Assembly: GCF_046119375.1 (NCBI RefSeq)
Contig: NW_027362773.1
Span: 115,382,001 to 115,446,000, forward strand
Source of the DNA: Phyllobates terribilis
Lineage: Eukaryota
Length of the DNA: 64,000 bases
Reading direction: 5' to 3'
Below the pieces are notes generated by a model. It made no database searches, was not told the DNA's origin, and saw only the letters and a list, made by a program, of their open reading frames with translations. Position 1 is the first letter of the stretch. The number at the start of each line of letters is the position of its first letter. Of the stretch, positions 12,901-24,900 are shown in pieces. A program made the position numbers and the translations under genes.

Positions 12901-15900
12901 GTCGCGGGTGTTCTGACCCAAGCTTGGCAGTCCCATGGCCACGGATCTCCTGACCCAGGCTCGGCAATCCCATGGTCGTGGGACTCCTGACCCATGCTCG
13001 GCAGGCCCATGGTCGCAGGTCTTCTGACCCAGGCTTGGCAGTCCTATGGTCGCGGGTCTCCTGACCCAGGCTCGGCAGTCCCATGGTCGCGGGTCTTCTG
13101 ACCCAGGCTCGGCAGTCTCATGGCCGTGGGTCTCCTGAACCAGGCTCGGCAGTCTCATGGCCGTGGGTCTCCTGACCCAGGCTCGGCAGTCTCATGGCCG
13201 CGGGTCTCCTGACCCAAGCTCGGCAGTCTCATGGCCCCGGGTCTCCTGACCCAGGCTCGGCAGTCTCATGGCCGCGGGTCTCCTGACCCAGGCTCAGCAG
13301 TCTCATGGCCGCGGGTCTCCTGACCCAGGCTCAGCAGTCTCATGGCCGCTGGTCTCCTGACACAGGCTCGGCAATCCAATTGCCGCAGGTCTCCTGACCC
13401 AGGCTCAGCAGTCCCATGGTCGTGGGTCTCCTGACACAAGCTCTGCATTCGCATGGCCACGGGTCTGCTGACCCAAGCTCTGAAGTCCCATGGTCGTGGG
13501 TCTCCTGACCCAGGCTTGGCAGTCTCATGGCCATGGGTCTCCTGACCCAGGCTCGGCAGTCTCATGGCCGTGGGTCTCCTGACCCAGGCTCGGCAGTCTC
13601 ATGGCCGCGGGTCTCCTGACCGAGGCTCAGCAGTCTCATGGCCGCGGGTCTCCTGACCCAGGCTCAGCAGTCTCATGGCCGCTGGTCTCCTGACCCAGGC
13701 TTGGCAATCAAATTACCGCAGGTCTCCTGACCCAGGCTCGGCAGTCCCATGGTCGTGGGTCTCCTGACACAAGCTCTGCATTCCCATGGCCATGGGTCTG
13801 CTGACCCAAGCTCTGAAGTCCCATGGTCGCGGGTCTCCTGACCCAGGCTCAGCAGTCTCATGGCCGCTGGTCTCCTGACTCAGGCTCGGCAATCCAATTG
13901 CCGCAGGTCTCCTGACCCAGGCTCGGCAGTCCCATGGTCGTGGGTCTCCTGACACAAGCTCTGCATTCCCATGGCCACGGGTCTGCTGACCCAAGCTCTG
14001 AAGTCCCATGGTCGCAGGTCTCCTGAACCAGGCTTGGCAGTCTCATGGCCATGGGTCTCCTGACCCAGGCTCGGCAGTCTCATGGCCGCGGGTCTCCTGA
14101 CCCAGGCTCAGCAGTCTCATGGCCGCGGGTCTCCTGACCCAGGCTCAGCAGTCTCATGGCCGCTGGTCTCCTGACCCAGGCTCGGCAATCCAATTGCCGC
14201 AGGTCTCCTGACCCAGGCTCGGCAATCCAATTGCCGCAGGTCTCCTGACCCAGGCTCGGCAGTCCCATGGTCGTGGGTCTCCTGACACAAGCTCTGCATT
14301 CCCATGGCCACGGGTCTGCTGACCCAAGCTCTGAAGTCCCATGGTCGCGGGTCTCCTGACCCAGGCTCTGCAGTCTCATGGCCGCTGGTCTCCTGACCCA
14401 GGCTCGGCAATCCAATTGCCGCAGGTCTCCTGACCCAGGCTCGGCAGTCCCATGGTCGTGGGTCTCCTGACACAAGCTCTGCATTCCCATGGCCACGGGT
14501 CTGCTGACCCAAGCTCTGAAGTCCCATGGTCGCAGGTCTCCTGACCCAGGCTTGGCAGTCTCATGGCCATGGGTCTCCTGACCCAGGCTCGGCAGTCTCA
14601 TGGCCGTGGGTCTCCTGACCCAGGCTCGGCAGTCTCATGGCCGCGGGTCTCCTGACCCAGGCTCAGCAGTCTCATGGCCGCGGGTCTCCTGACCCAGGCT
14701 CAGCAGTCTCATGGCCGCGGGTCTCCTGACCCAGGCTCAGCAGTCTCATGGCCGCGGGTCTCCTGACCCAGGCTTGGCAATCCAATTGCCGCAGGTCTCC
14801 TGACCCAGGCTCGGCAGTCCCATGGTCGCGGGTCTCCTGACACAAGCTCTGCATTCCCATGGCCACGTGTCTGCTGACCCAAGCTCTGAAGTCCCATGGT
14901 CGCGGGTCTTCTGACCCAGGCTCGGCAATCTCATGGTCGCGGGATTCCTGACCTATGCTTGGCAGTCCCATGGCCACGGGTCTGCTGACCCAAGCTCTGA
15001 AGTCCCATGGTCGCGGGTGTTCTGACCCAAGCTTGGCAGTCCCATGGCCACGGATCTCCTGACCCAGGCTCGGCAATCCCATGGTCGTGGGACTCCTGAC
15101 CCATGCTCGGCAGGCCCATGGTTGCAGGTCTTCTGACCCAGGCTTGGCAGTCCTATGGTCACGGGTCTCCTGACCCAGGCTCGGCAGTCCCATGGTCGCG
15201 GGTCTTCTGACCCAGGCTCGGCAGTCTCATGGCCGTGGGTCTCCTGACCCAGGCTCGGCAGTCTCATGGCCCCGGGTCTCCTGACCCAGGCTCGGCAGTC
15301 TCATGGCCGCGGGTCTCCTGACCCAGGCTCAGCAGTCTCATGGCCGCGGGTCTCCTGACCCAGGCTCAGCAGTCTCATGGCCGCTGGTCTCCTGACCCAG
15401 GCTCGGCAATCCAATTGCCGCAGGTCTCCTGACCCAGGCTCGGCAATCCAATTGCCGCAGGTCTCCTGACCCAGGCTTGGCAGTCCCATGGTCGTGGGTC
15501 TCCTGACACAAGCTCTGCATTCCCATGGCCACGGGTCTGCTGACCCAAGCTCTGAAGTCCCATGGTCGCGGGTCTCCTGACCCAGGCTCTGCAGTCTCAT
15601 GGCCGCTGGTCTCCTGACCCAGGCTCGGCAATCCAATTGCCGCAGGTCTCCTGACCCAGGCTCGGCAGTCCCATGGTCGTGGGTCTCCTGACACAAGCTC
15701 TGCATTCCCATGGCCACGGGTCTGCTGACCCAAGCTCTGAAGTCCCATGGTCGCAGGTCTCCTGACCCAGGCTTGGCAGTCTCATGGCCATGGGTCTCCT
15801 GACCCAGGCTCGGCAGTCTCATGGCCGTGGGTCTCCTGACCCAGGCTCGGCAGTCTCATGGCCGCGGGTCTCCTGACCCAGGCTCAGCAGTCTCATGGCC

Positions 15901-18900
15901 GCGGGTCTCCTGACCCAGGCTCAGCAGTCTCATGGCCGCTGGTCTCCTGACCCAGGCTTGGCAATCCAATTGCCGCAGGTCTCCTGACCCAGGCTCGGCA
16001 GTCCCATGGTCGCGGGTCTCCTGACACAAGCTCTGCATTCCCATGGCCACGTGTCTGCTGACCCAAGCTCTGAAGTCCCATGGTCGCGGGTCTTCTGACC
16101 CAGGCTCGGCAATCTCATGGTCGCGGGATTCCTGACCTATGCTTGGCAGTCCCATGGCCACGGGTCTGCTGACCCAAGCTCTGAAGTCCCATGGTCGTGG
16201 GTGTTCTGACCCAAGCTTGGCAGTCCCATGGCCACGGATCTCCTGACCCAGGCTCGGCAATCCCATGGTCGTGGGACTCCTGACCCATGCTCGGCAGGCC
16301 CATGGTTGCAGGTCTTCTGACCCAGGCTTGGCAGTCCTATGGTCACGGGTCTCCTGACCCAGGCTCGGCAGTCCCATGGTCGCGGGTCTTCTGACCCAGA
16401 CTCGGCAGTCTCATGGCCGTGGGTCTCCTGACCCAGGCTCGGCAGTCTCATGGCCCCGGGTCTCCTGACCCAGGCTCGGCAGTCTCATGGCCGCGGGTCT
16501 CCTGACCCAGGCTCAGCAGTCTCATGGCCGCGGGTCTCCTGACCCAGGCTCAGCAGTCTCATGGCCGCTGGTCTCCTGACCCAGGCTCGGCAATCCAATT
16601 GCCGCAGGTCTCCTGACCCAGGCTCGGCAATCCAATTGCCGCAGGTCTCCTGACCCAGGCTCGGCAGTCCCATGGTCGTGGGTCTCCTGACACAAGCTCT
16701 GCATTTCCATGGCCACGGGTCTGCTGACCCAAGCTCTGAAGTCCCATGGTCGCGGGTCTCCTGACCCAGGCTTGGCAGTCTCATGGCCATGGGTCTCCTG
16801 ACCCAGGCTCGACAGTCTCATGGCCGTGGGTCTCCTGACCCAGGCTCGGCAGTCTCATGGCCGTGGGTCTCCTGACCCAGGCTCGGCAGTCTCATTGCCG
16901 CGGGTCTCCTGACCCAGGCTCGGCAGTCCCATGGCCGCGGGTCTCCTGACCCAGGCTCGGCAGTCCCATGGCCGCGGGTCTCCTGACTCAAGCTCGGCAG
17001 TCCCATGGCCGCGGGTCTCCTGACCCAAGCTCGGCAGTCTCATGGCCCCGGGTCTCCTGACCCAGGCTCGGCAGTCTCATGGCCGCGGGTCTCCTGACCC
17101 AGGCTCGGCAGTCTCATGGCCGCGGGTCTCCTGACCCAGGCTCAGCAGTCACATGGCCGCTGGTCTCCTGACCCAGGCTTGGCAATCCAATTGCCGCAGG
17201 TCTCCTGACCCAGGCTCGGCAGTCCCATGGTCGCGGGTCTCCTGACACAAGCTCTGCATTCCCATGGCCACGGGTCTGCTGACCCAAGCTCTGAAGTCCC
17301 ATGGTCGCGGGTCTTCTGACCCATGCTCGGCAATCTCATGGTCGCAGGATTCCTGACCTTTGCTTGGCAGTCCCATGGCCACGGGTCTGCTGACCCAAGC
17401 TCTGAAGTCCCATGGTCGCGGGTGTTCTGACCCAAGCTTGGCAGTCCCATGGCCACGGATCTCCTGACCCAGGCTCGGCAATCCCATGGTCGTGGGACTC
17501 CTGACCCATGCTCGGCAGGCCCATGGTCGCAGGTCTTCTGACCCAGGCTTGGCAGTCCTATGGTCGCGGGTCTCCTGACCCAGGCTCGGCAGTCCCATGG
17601 TCGCGGGTCTTCTGACCCAGGCTCGGCAGTCTCATGGCCGTGGGTCTCCTGAACCAGGCTCGGCAGTCTCATGGCCGTGGGTCTCCTGACCCAGGCTCGG
17701 CAGTCTCATGGCCGCGGGTCTCCTGACCCAAGCTCGGCAGTCTCATGGCCCCGGGTCTCCTGACCCAGGCTCGGCAGTCTCATGGCCGCGGGTCTCCTGA
17801 CCCAGGCTCAGCAGTCTCATGGCCGCGGGTCTCCTGACCCAGGCTCAGCAGTCTCATGGCCGCGGGTCTCCTGACCCAGGCTCAGCAGTCTCATGGCCGC
17901 TGGTCTCCTGACCCAGGCTCGGCAATCCAATTGCCGCAGGTCTCCTGACCCAGGCTCAGCAGTCCCATGGTCGTGGGTCTCCTGACACAAGCTCTGCATT
18001 CGCATGGCCACGGGTCTGCTGACCCAAGCTCTGAAGTCCCATGGTCGTGGGTCTCCTGACCCAGGCTTGGCAGTCTCATGGCCATGGGTCTCCTGACCCA
18101 GGCTCGGCAGTCTCATGGCCGTGGGTCTCCTGACCCAGGCTCGGCAGTCTCATGGCCGCGGGTCTCCTGACCCAGGCTCAGCAGTCTCATGGCCGCGGGT
18201 CTCCTGACCCAGGCTCAGCAGTCTCATGGCCGCTGGTCTCCTGACCCAGGCTTGGCAATCAAATTACCGCAGGTCTCCTGACCCAGGCTCGGCAGTCCCA
18301 TGGTCGTGGGTCTCCTGACACAAGCTCTGCATTCCCATGGCCACGGGTCTGCTGACCCAAGCTCTGAAGTCCCATGGTCGCGGGTCTCCTGACCCAGGCT
18401 CAGCAGTCTCATGGCCGCTGGTCTCCTGACTCAGGCTCGGCAATCCAATTGCCGCAGGTCTCCTGACCCAGGCTCGGCAGTCCCATGGTCGTGGGTCTCC
18501 TGACACAAGCTCTGCATTCCCATGGCCACGGGTCTGCTGACCCAAGCTCTGAAGTCCCATGGTCGCAGGTCTCCTGACCCAGGCTTGGCAGTCTCATGGC
18601 CATGGGTCTCCTGACCCAGGCTCGGCAGTCTCATGGCCGTGGGTCTCCTGACCCAGGCTCGGCAGCCTCATGGCCGCGGGTCTCCTGACCCAGGCTCAGC
18701 AGTCTCATGGCCGCGGGTCTCCTGACCCAGGCTCAGCAGTCTCATGGCCGCTGGTCTCCTGACCCAGGCTTGGCAATCCAATTGCCGCAGGTCTCCTGAC
18801 CCAGGCTCGGCAGTCCCATGGTCGCGGGTCTCCTGACACAAGCTCTGCATTTCCATGGCCACGGGTCTGCTGACCCAAGCTCTGAAGTCCCATGGTCGCG

Positions 18901-21900
18901 GGTCTTCTGACCCAGGCTCGGCAATCTCATGGTCGCGGGATTCCTGACCTATGCTTGGCAGTCCCATGGCCACGGGTCTGCTGACCCAAGCTCTGAAGTC
19001 CCATGGTCGCGGGTGTTCTGACCCAAGCTTGGCAGTCCCATGGCCACGGATCTCCTGACCCAGGCTCGGCAATCCCATGGTCGTGGGACTCCTGACCCAT
19101 GCTTGGCAGGCCCATGGTTGCAGGTCTTCTGACCCAGGCTTGGCAGTCCTATGGTCACGGGTCTCCTGACCCAGGCTCGGCAGTCCCATGGTCGCGGGTC
19201 TTCTGACCCAGGCTCGGCAGTCTCATGGCCGTGGGTCTCCTGACCCAGGCTCGGCAGTCTCATGGCCCCGGGTCTCCTGACCCAGGCTCGGCAGTCTCAT
19301 GGCCGCGGGTCTCCTGACCCAGGCTCAGCAGTCTCATGGCCGCGGGTCTCCTGACCCAGGCTCAGCAGTCTCATGGCCGCTGGTCTCCTGACCCAGGCTC
19401 GGCAATCCAATTGCCGCAGGTCTCCTGACCCAGGCTCGGCAATCCAATTGCCGCAGGTCTCCTGACCCAGGCTCGGCAGTCCCATGGTCGTGGGTCTCCT
19501 GACACAAGCTCTGCATTCCCATGGCCACGGGTCTGCTGACCCAAGCTCTGAAGTCCCATGGTCGCGGGTCTCCTGACCCAGGCTTGGCAGTCTCATGGCC
19601 ATGGGTCTCCTGACCCAGGCTCGACAGTCTCATGGCCGTGGGTCTCCTGACCCAGGCTCGGCAGTCTCATGGCCGTGGGTCTCCTGACCCAGGCTCGGCA
19701 GTCTCATTGCCGCGGGTCTCCTGACCCAGGCTCGGCAGTCCCATGGCCGCGGGTCTCCTGACCCAGGCTCGGCAGTCCCATGGCCGCGGGTCTCCTGACT
19801 CAAGCTCGGCAGTCCCATGGCCGCGGGTCTCCTGACCCAAGCTCGGCAGTCTCATGGCCCCGGGTCTCCTGACCCAGGCTCGGCAGTCTCATGGCCGCGG
19901 GTCTCCTGACCCAGGCTCGGCAGTCTCATGGCCGCGGGTCTCCTGACCCAGGCTCAGCAGTCACATGGCCGCTGGTCTCCTGACCCAGGCTCGGCAATCC
20001 AATTGCCGCAGGTCTCCTGACCCAGGCTCGGCAGTCCCATGGTCGCGGGTCTCCTGACACAAGCTCTGCATTCCCATGGCCACGGGTCTGCTGACCCAAG
20101 CTCTGAAGTCCCATGGTCGCGGGTCTTCTGACCCAGGCTCGGCAATCTCATGGTCGCAGGATTCCTGACCAATGCTTGGCAGTCCAATGGCCACGGGTCT
20201 GCTGACCCAAGCTCTGAAGTCCCATGGTCGCGGGTGTTCTGACCCAAGCTTGGCAGTCCCATGGCCACGGATCTCCTGACCCAGGCTCGGCAATCCCATG
20301 GTCGTGGGACTCCTGACCCATGCTCGGCAGGCCCATGGTCGCAGGTCTTCTGACCCAGGCTTGGCAGTCCTATGGTCACGGGTCTCCTGACCCAGGCTCG
20401 GCAGTCCCATGGTCACGGGTCTTCTGACCCAGGCTCGGCAGTCTCATGACCGTGGGTCTCCTGACCCAGGCTCGGCAGTCCCATGGCCGCGGGTCTCCTG
20501 ACCCAAGCTCGGCAGTCCCATGGCCGCGGGTCTCGTGACCCATGCTCGGCAGTCTCATGGCCCCGGGTCTCCTGACCCAGGCTCGGCAGTCTCATGGCCG
20601 CGGGTCTCCTGACCCAGGCTCAGCAGTCTCATGGCCGCGGGTCTCCTGACCCAGGCTCAGCAGTCTCATGGCCGCTGGTCTCCTGACCCAGGCTTGGCAA
20701 TCCAATTGCCGCAGGTCTCCTGACCCAGGCTCGGCAGTCCCATGGTCGCGGGTCTCCTGACACAAGCTCTGCATTCCCATGGCCACGGGTCTGCTGACCC
20801 AAGCTCTGAAGTCCCATGGTCGCGGGTCTTCTGACCCATGCTCGGCAATCTCATGGTCGCGGGATTCCTGACCTTTGCTTGGCAGTCCCATGGCCACGGG
20901 TCTGCTGACCCAAGCTCTGAAGTCCCATGGTCGCGGGTGTTCTGACCCAAGCTTGGCAGTCCCATGGCCACGGATCTCCTGACCCAGGCTCGGCAATCCC
21001 ATGGTCGTGGGACTCCTGACCCATGCTCGGCAGGCCCATGGTCGCAGGTCTTCTGACCCAGGCTTGGCAGTCCTATGGTCGCGGGTCTCCTGACCCAGGC
21101 TCGGCAGTCCCATGGTCGCGGGTCTTCTGACCCAGGCTCGGCAGTCTCATGGCCGTGGGTCTCCTGAACCAGGCTCGGCAGTCTCATGGCCGTGGGTCTC
21201 CTGACCCAGGCTCGGCAGTCTCATGGCCGCGGGTCTCCTGACCCAAGCTCGGCAGTCTCATGGCCCCGGGTCTCCTGACCCAGGCTCGGCAGTCTCATGG
21301 CCGCGGGTCTCCTGACCCAGGCTCAGCAGTCTCATGGCCGCGGGTCTCCTGACCCAGGCTCAGCAGTCTCATGGCCGCGGGTCTCCTGACCCAGGCTCAG
21401 CAGTCTCATGGCCGCTGGTCTCCTGACCCAGGCTCGGCAATCCAATTGCCGCAGGTCTCCTGACCCAGGCTCAGCAGTCCCATGGTCGTGGGTCTCCTGA
21501 CACAAGCTCTGCATTCGCATGGCCACGGGTCTGCTGACCCAAGCTCTGAAGTCCCATGGTCGTGGGTGTCCTGACCCAGGCTTGGCAGTCTCATGGCCAT
21601 GGGTCTCCTGACCCAGGCTCGGCAGTCTCATGGCCGTGGGTCTCCTGACCCAGGCTCGGCAGTCTCATGGCCGCGGGTCTCCTGACCCAGGCTCAGCAGT
21701 CTCATGGCCGCGGGTCTCCTGACCCAGGCTCAGCAGTCTCATGGCCGCTGGTCTCCTGACCCAGGCTTGGCAATCAAATTACCGCAGGTCTCCTGACCCA
21801 GGCTCGGCAGTCCCATGGTCGTGGGTCTCCTGACACAAGCTCTGCATTCCCATGGCCACGGGTCTGCTGACCCAAGCTCTGAAGTCCCATGGTCGCGGGT

Positions 21901-24900
21901 CTCCTGACCCAGGCTCAGCAGTCTCATGGCCGCTGGTCTCCTGACTCAGGCTCGGCAATCCAATTGCCGCAGGTCTCCTGACCCAGGCTCGGCAGTCCCA
22001 TGGTCGTGGGTCTCCTGACACAAGCTCTGCATTCCCATGGCCACGGGTCTGCTGACCCAAGCTCTGAAGTCCCATGGTCGCATGTCTCCTGACCCAGGCT
22101 TGGCAGTCTCATGGCCATGGGTCTCCTGACCCAGGCTCGGCAGTCTCATGGCCGTGGGTCTCCTGACCCAGGCTCGGCAGTCTCATGGCCGCGGGTCTCC
22201 TGACCCAGGCTCAGCAGTCTCATGGCCGCGGGTCTCCTGACCCAGGCTCAGCAGTCTCATGGCCGCTGGTCTCCTGACCCAGGCTTGGCAATCCAATTGC
22301 CGCAGGTCTCCTGACCCAGGCTCGGCAGTCCCATGGTCGCGGGTCTCCTGACACAAGCTCTGCATTCCCATGGCCACGTGTCTGCTGACCCAAGCTCTGA
22401 AGTCCCATGGTCGCGGGTCTTCTGACCCAGGCTCGGCAATCTCATGGTCGCGGGATTCCTGACCTATGCTTGGCAGTCCCATGGCCACGGGTCTGCTGAC
22501 CCAAGCTCTGAAGTCCCATGGTCGCGGGTGTTCTGACCCAAGCTTGGCAGTCCCATAGCCACGGATCTCCTGACCCAGGCTCGGCAATCCCATGGTCGTG
22601 GGACTCCTGACCCATGCTTGGCAGGCCCATGGTTGCAGGTCTTCTGACCCAGGCTTGGCAGTCCTATGGTCACGGGTCTCCTGACCCAGGCTCGGCAGTC
22701 CCATGGTCGCGGGTCTTCTGACCCAGGCTCGGCAGTCTCATGGCCGTGGGTCTCCTGACCCAGGCTCGGCAGTCTCATGGCCCCGGGTCTCCTGACCCAG
22801 GCTCGGCAGTCTCATGGCCGCGGGTCTCCTGCCCCAGGCTCAGCAGTCTCATGGCCGCGGGTCTCCTGACCCAGGCTCAGCAGTCTCATGGCCGCTGGTC
22901 TCCTGACCCAGGCTCGGCAATCCAATTGCCGCAGGTCTCCTGACCCAGGCTCGGCAATCCAATTGCCGCAGGTCTCCTGACCCAGGCTCGGCAGTCCCAT
23001 GGTCGTGGGTCTCCTGACACAAGCTCTGCATTCCCATGGCCACGGGTCTGCTGACCCAAGCTCTGAAGTCCCATGGTCGCGGGTCTCCTGACCCAGGCTT
23101 GGCAGTCTCATGGCCATGGGTCTCCTGACCCAGGCTCGACAGTCTCATGGCCGTGGGTCTCCTGACCCAGGCTCGGCAGTCTCATGGCCGTGGGTCTCCT
23201 GACCCAGGCTCGGCAGTCTCATGGCCGCGGGTCTCCTGACCCAGGCTCGGCAGTCCCATGGCCGCGGGTCTCCTGACCCAGGCTCGGCAGTCCCATGGCC
23301 GCGGGTCTCCTGACTCAAGCTCGGCAGTCCCATGGCCGCGGGTCTCCTGACCCAAGCTCGGCAGTCTCATGGCCCCGGGTCTCCTGACCCAGGCTCGGCA
23401 GTCTCATGGCCGCGGGTCTCCTGACCCAGGCTCGGCAGTCTCATGGCCGCGGGTCTCCTGACCAAGGCTCAGCAGTCACATGGCCGCTGGTCTCCTGACC
23501 CAGGCTCGGCAATCCAATTGCCGCAGGTCTCCTGACCCAGTCTCGGCAGTCCCATGGTCGCGGGTCTCCTGACACAAGCTCTGCATTCCCATGGCCACGG
23601 GTCTGCTGACCCAAGCTCTGAAGTCCCATGGTCGCGGGTCTTCTGACCCAGGCTCGGCAATCTCATGGTCGCAGGATTCCTGACCAATGCTTGGCAGTCC
23701 AATGGCCACGGGTCTGCTGACCCAAGCTCTGAAGTCCCATGGTCGCGGGTGTTCTGACCCAAGCTTGGCAGTCCCATGGCCACGGATCTCCTGACCCAGG
23801 CTCGGCAATCCTATGGTCGTGGGACTCCTGACCCATGCTCGGCAGGCCCATGGTCGCAGGTTTTCTGACCCAGGCTTGGCAGTCCTATGGTCACGGGTCT
23901 CCTGACCCAGGCTCGGCAGTCCCATGGTCACGGGTCTTCTGACCCAGGCTCGGCAGTCTCATGACCGTGGGTCTCCTGACCCAGGCTCGGCAGTCCCATG
24001 GCCGCGGGTCTCCTGACCCAAGCTCGGCAGTCCCATGGCCGCGGGTCTCGTGACCCATGCTCGGCAGTCTCATGGCCCCGGGTCTCCTGACCCAGGCTCG
24101 GCAGTCTCATGGCCGCGGGTCTCCTGACCCAGGCTCAGCAGTCTCATGGCCGCGGGTCTCCTGACCCAGGCTCAGCAGTCTCATGGCCGCTGGTCTCCTG
24201 ACCCAGGCTTGGCAATCCAATTGCCTCAGGTCTCCTGACCCAGGCTCGGCAGTCCCATGGTCGCGGGTCTCCTGACACAAGCTCTGCATTCCCATGGCCA
24301 CGGGTCTGCTGACCCAAGCTCTGAAGTCCCATGGTCGCGGGTCTTCTGACCCATGCTCGGCAATCTCATGGTCGCGGGATTCCTGACCTTTGCTTGGCAG
24401 TCCCATGGCCACGGGTCTGCTGACCCAAGCTCTGAAGTCCCATGGTCGCGGGTGTTCTGACCCAAGCTTGGCAGTCCCATGGCCACGGATCTCCTGACCC
24501 AGGCTCGGCAATCCCATGGTCGTGGGACTCCTGACCCATGCTCGGCAGGCCCATGGTCGCAGGTCTTCTGACCCAGGCTTGGCAGTCCTATGGTCGCGGG
24601 TCTCCTGACCCAGGCTCGGCAGTCCCATGGTCGCGGGTCTTCTGACCCAGGCTTGGCAGTCTCATGGCCGTGGGTCTCCTGAACCAGGCTCGGCAGTCTC
24701 ATGGCCGTGGGTCTCCTGACCCAGGCTCTGCAGTCTCATGGCCGCGGGTCTCCTGACCCAAGCTCGGCAGTCTCATGGCCCCGGGTCTCCTGACCCAGGC
24801 TCGGCAGTCTCATGGCCGCGGGTCTCCTGACCCAGGCTCAGCAGTCTCATGGCCGCGGGTCTCCTGACCCAGGCTCAGCAGTCTCATGGCCGCTGGTCTC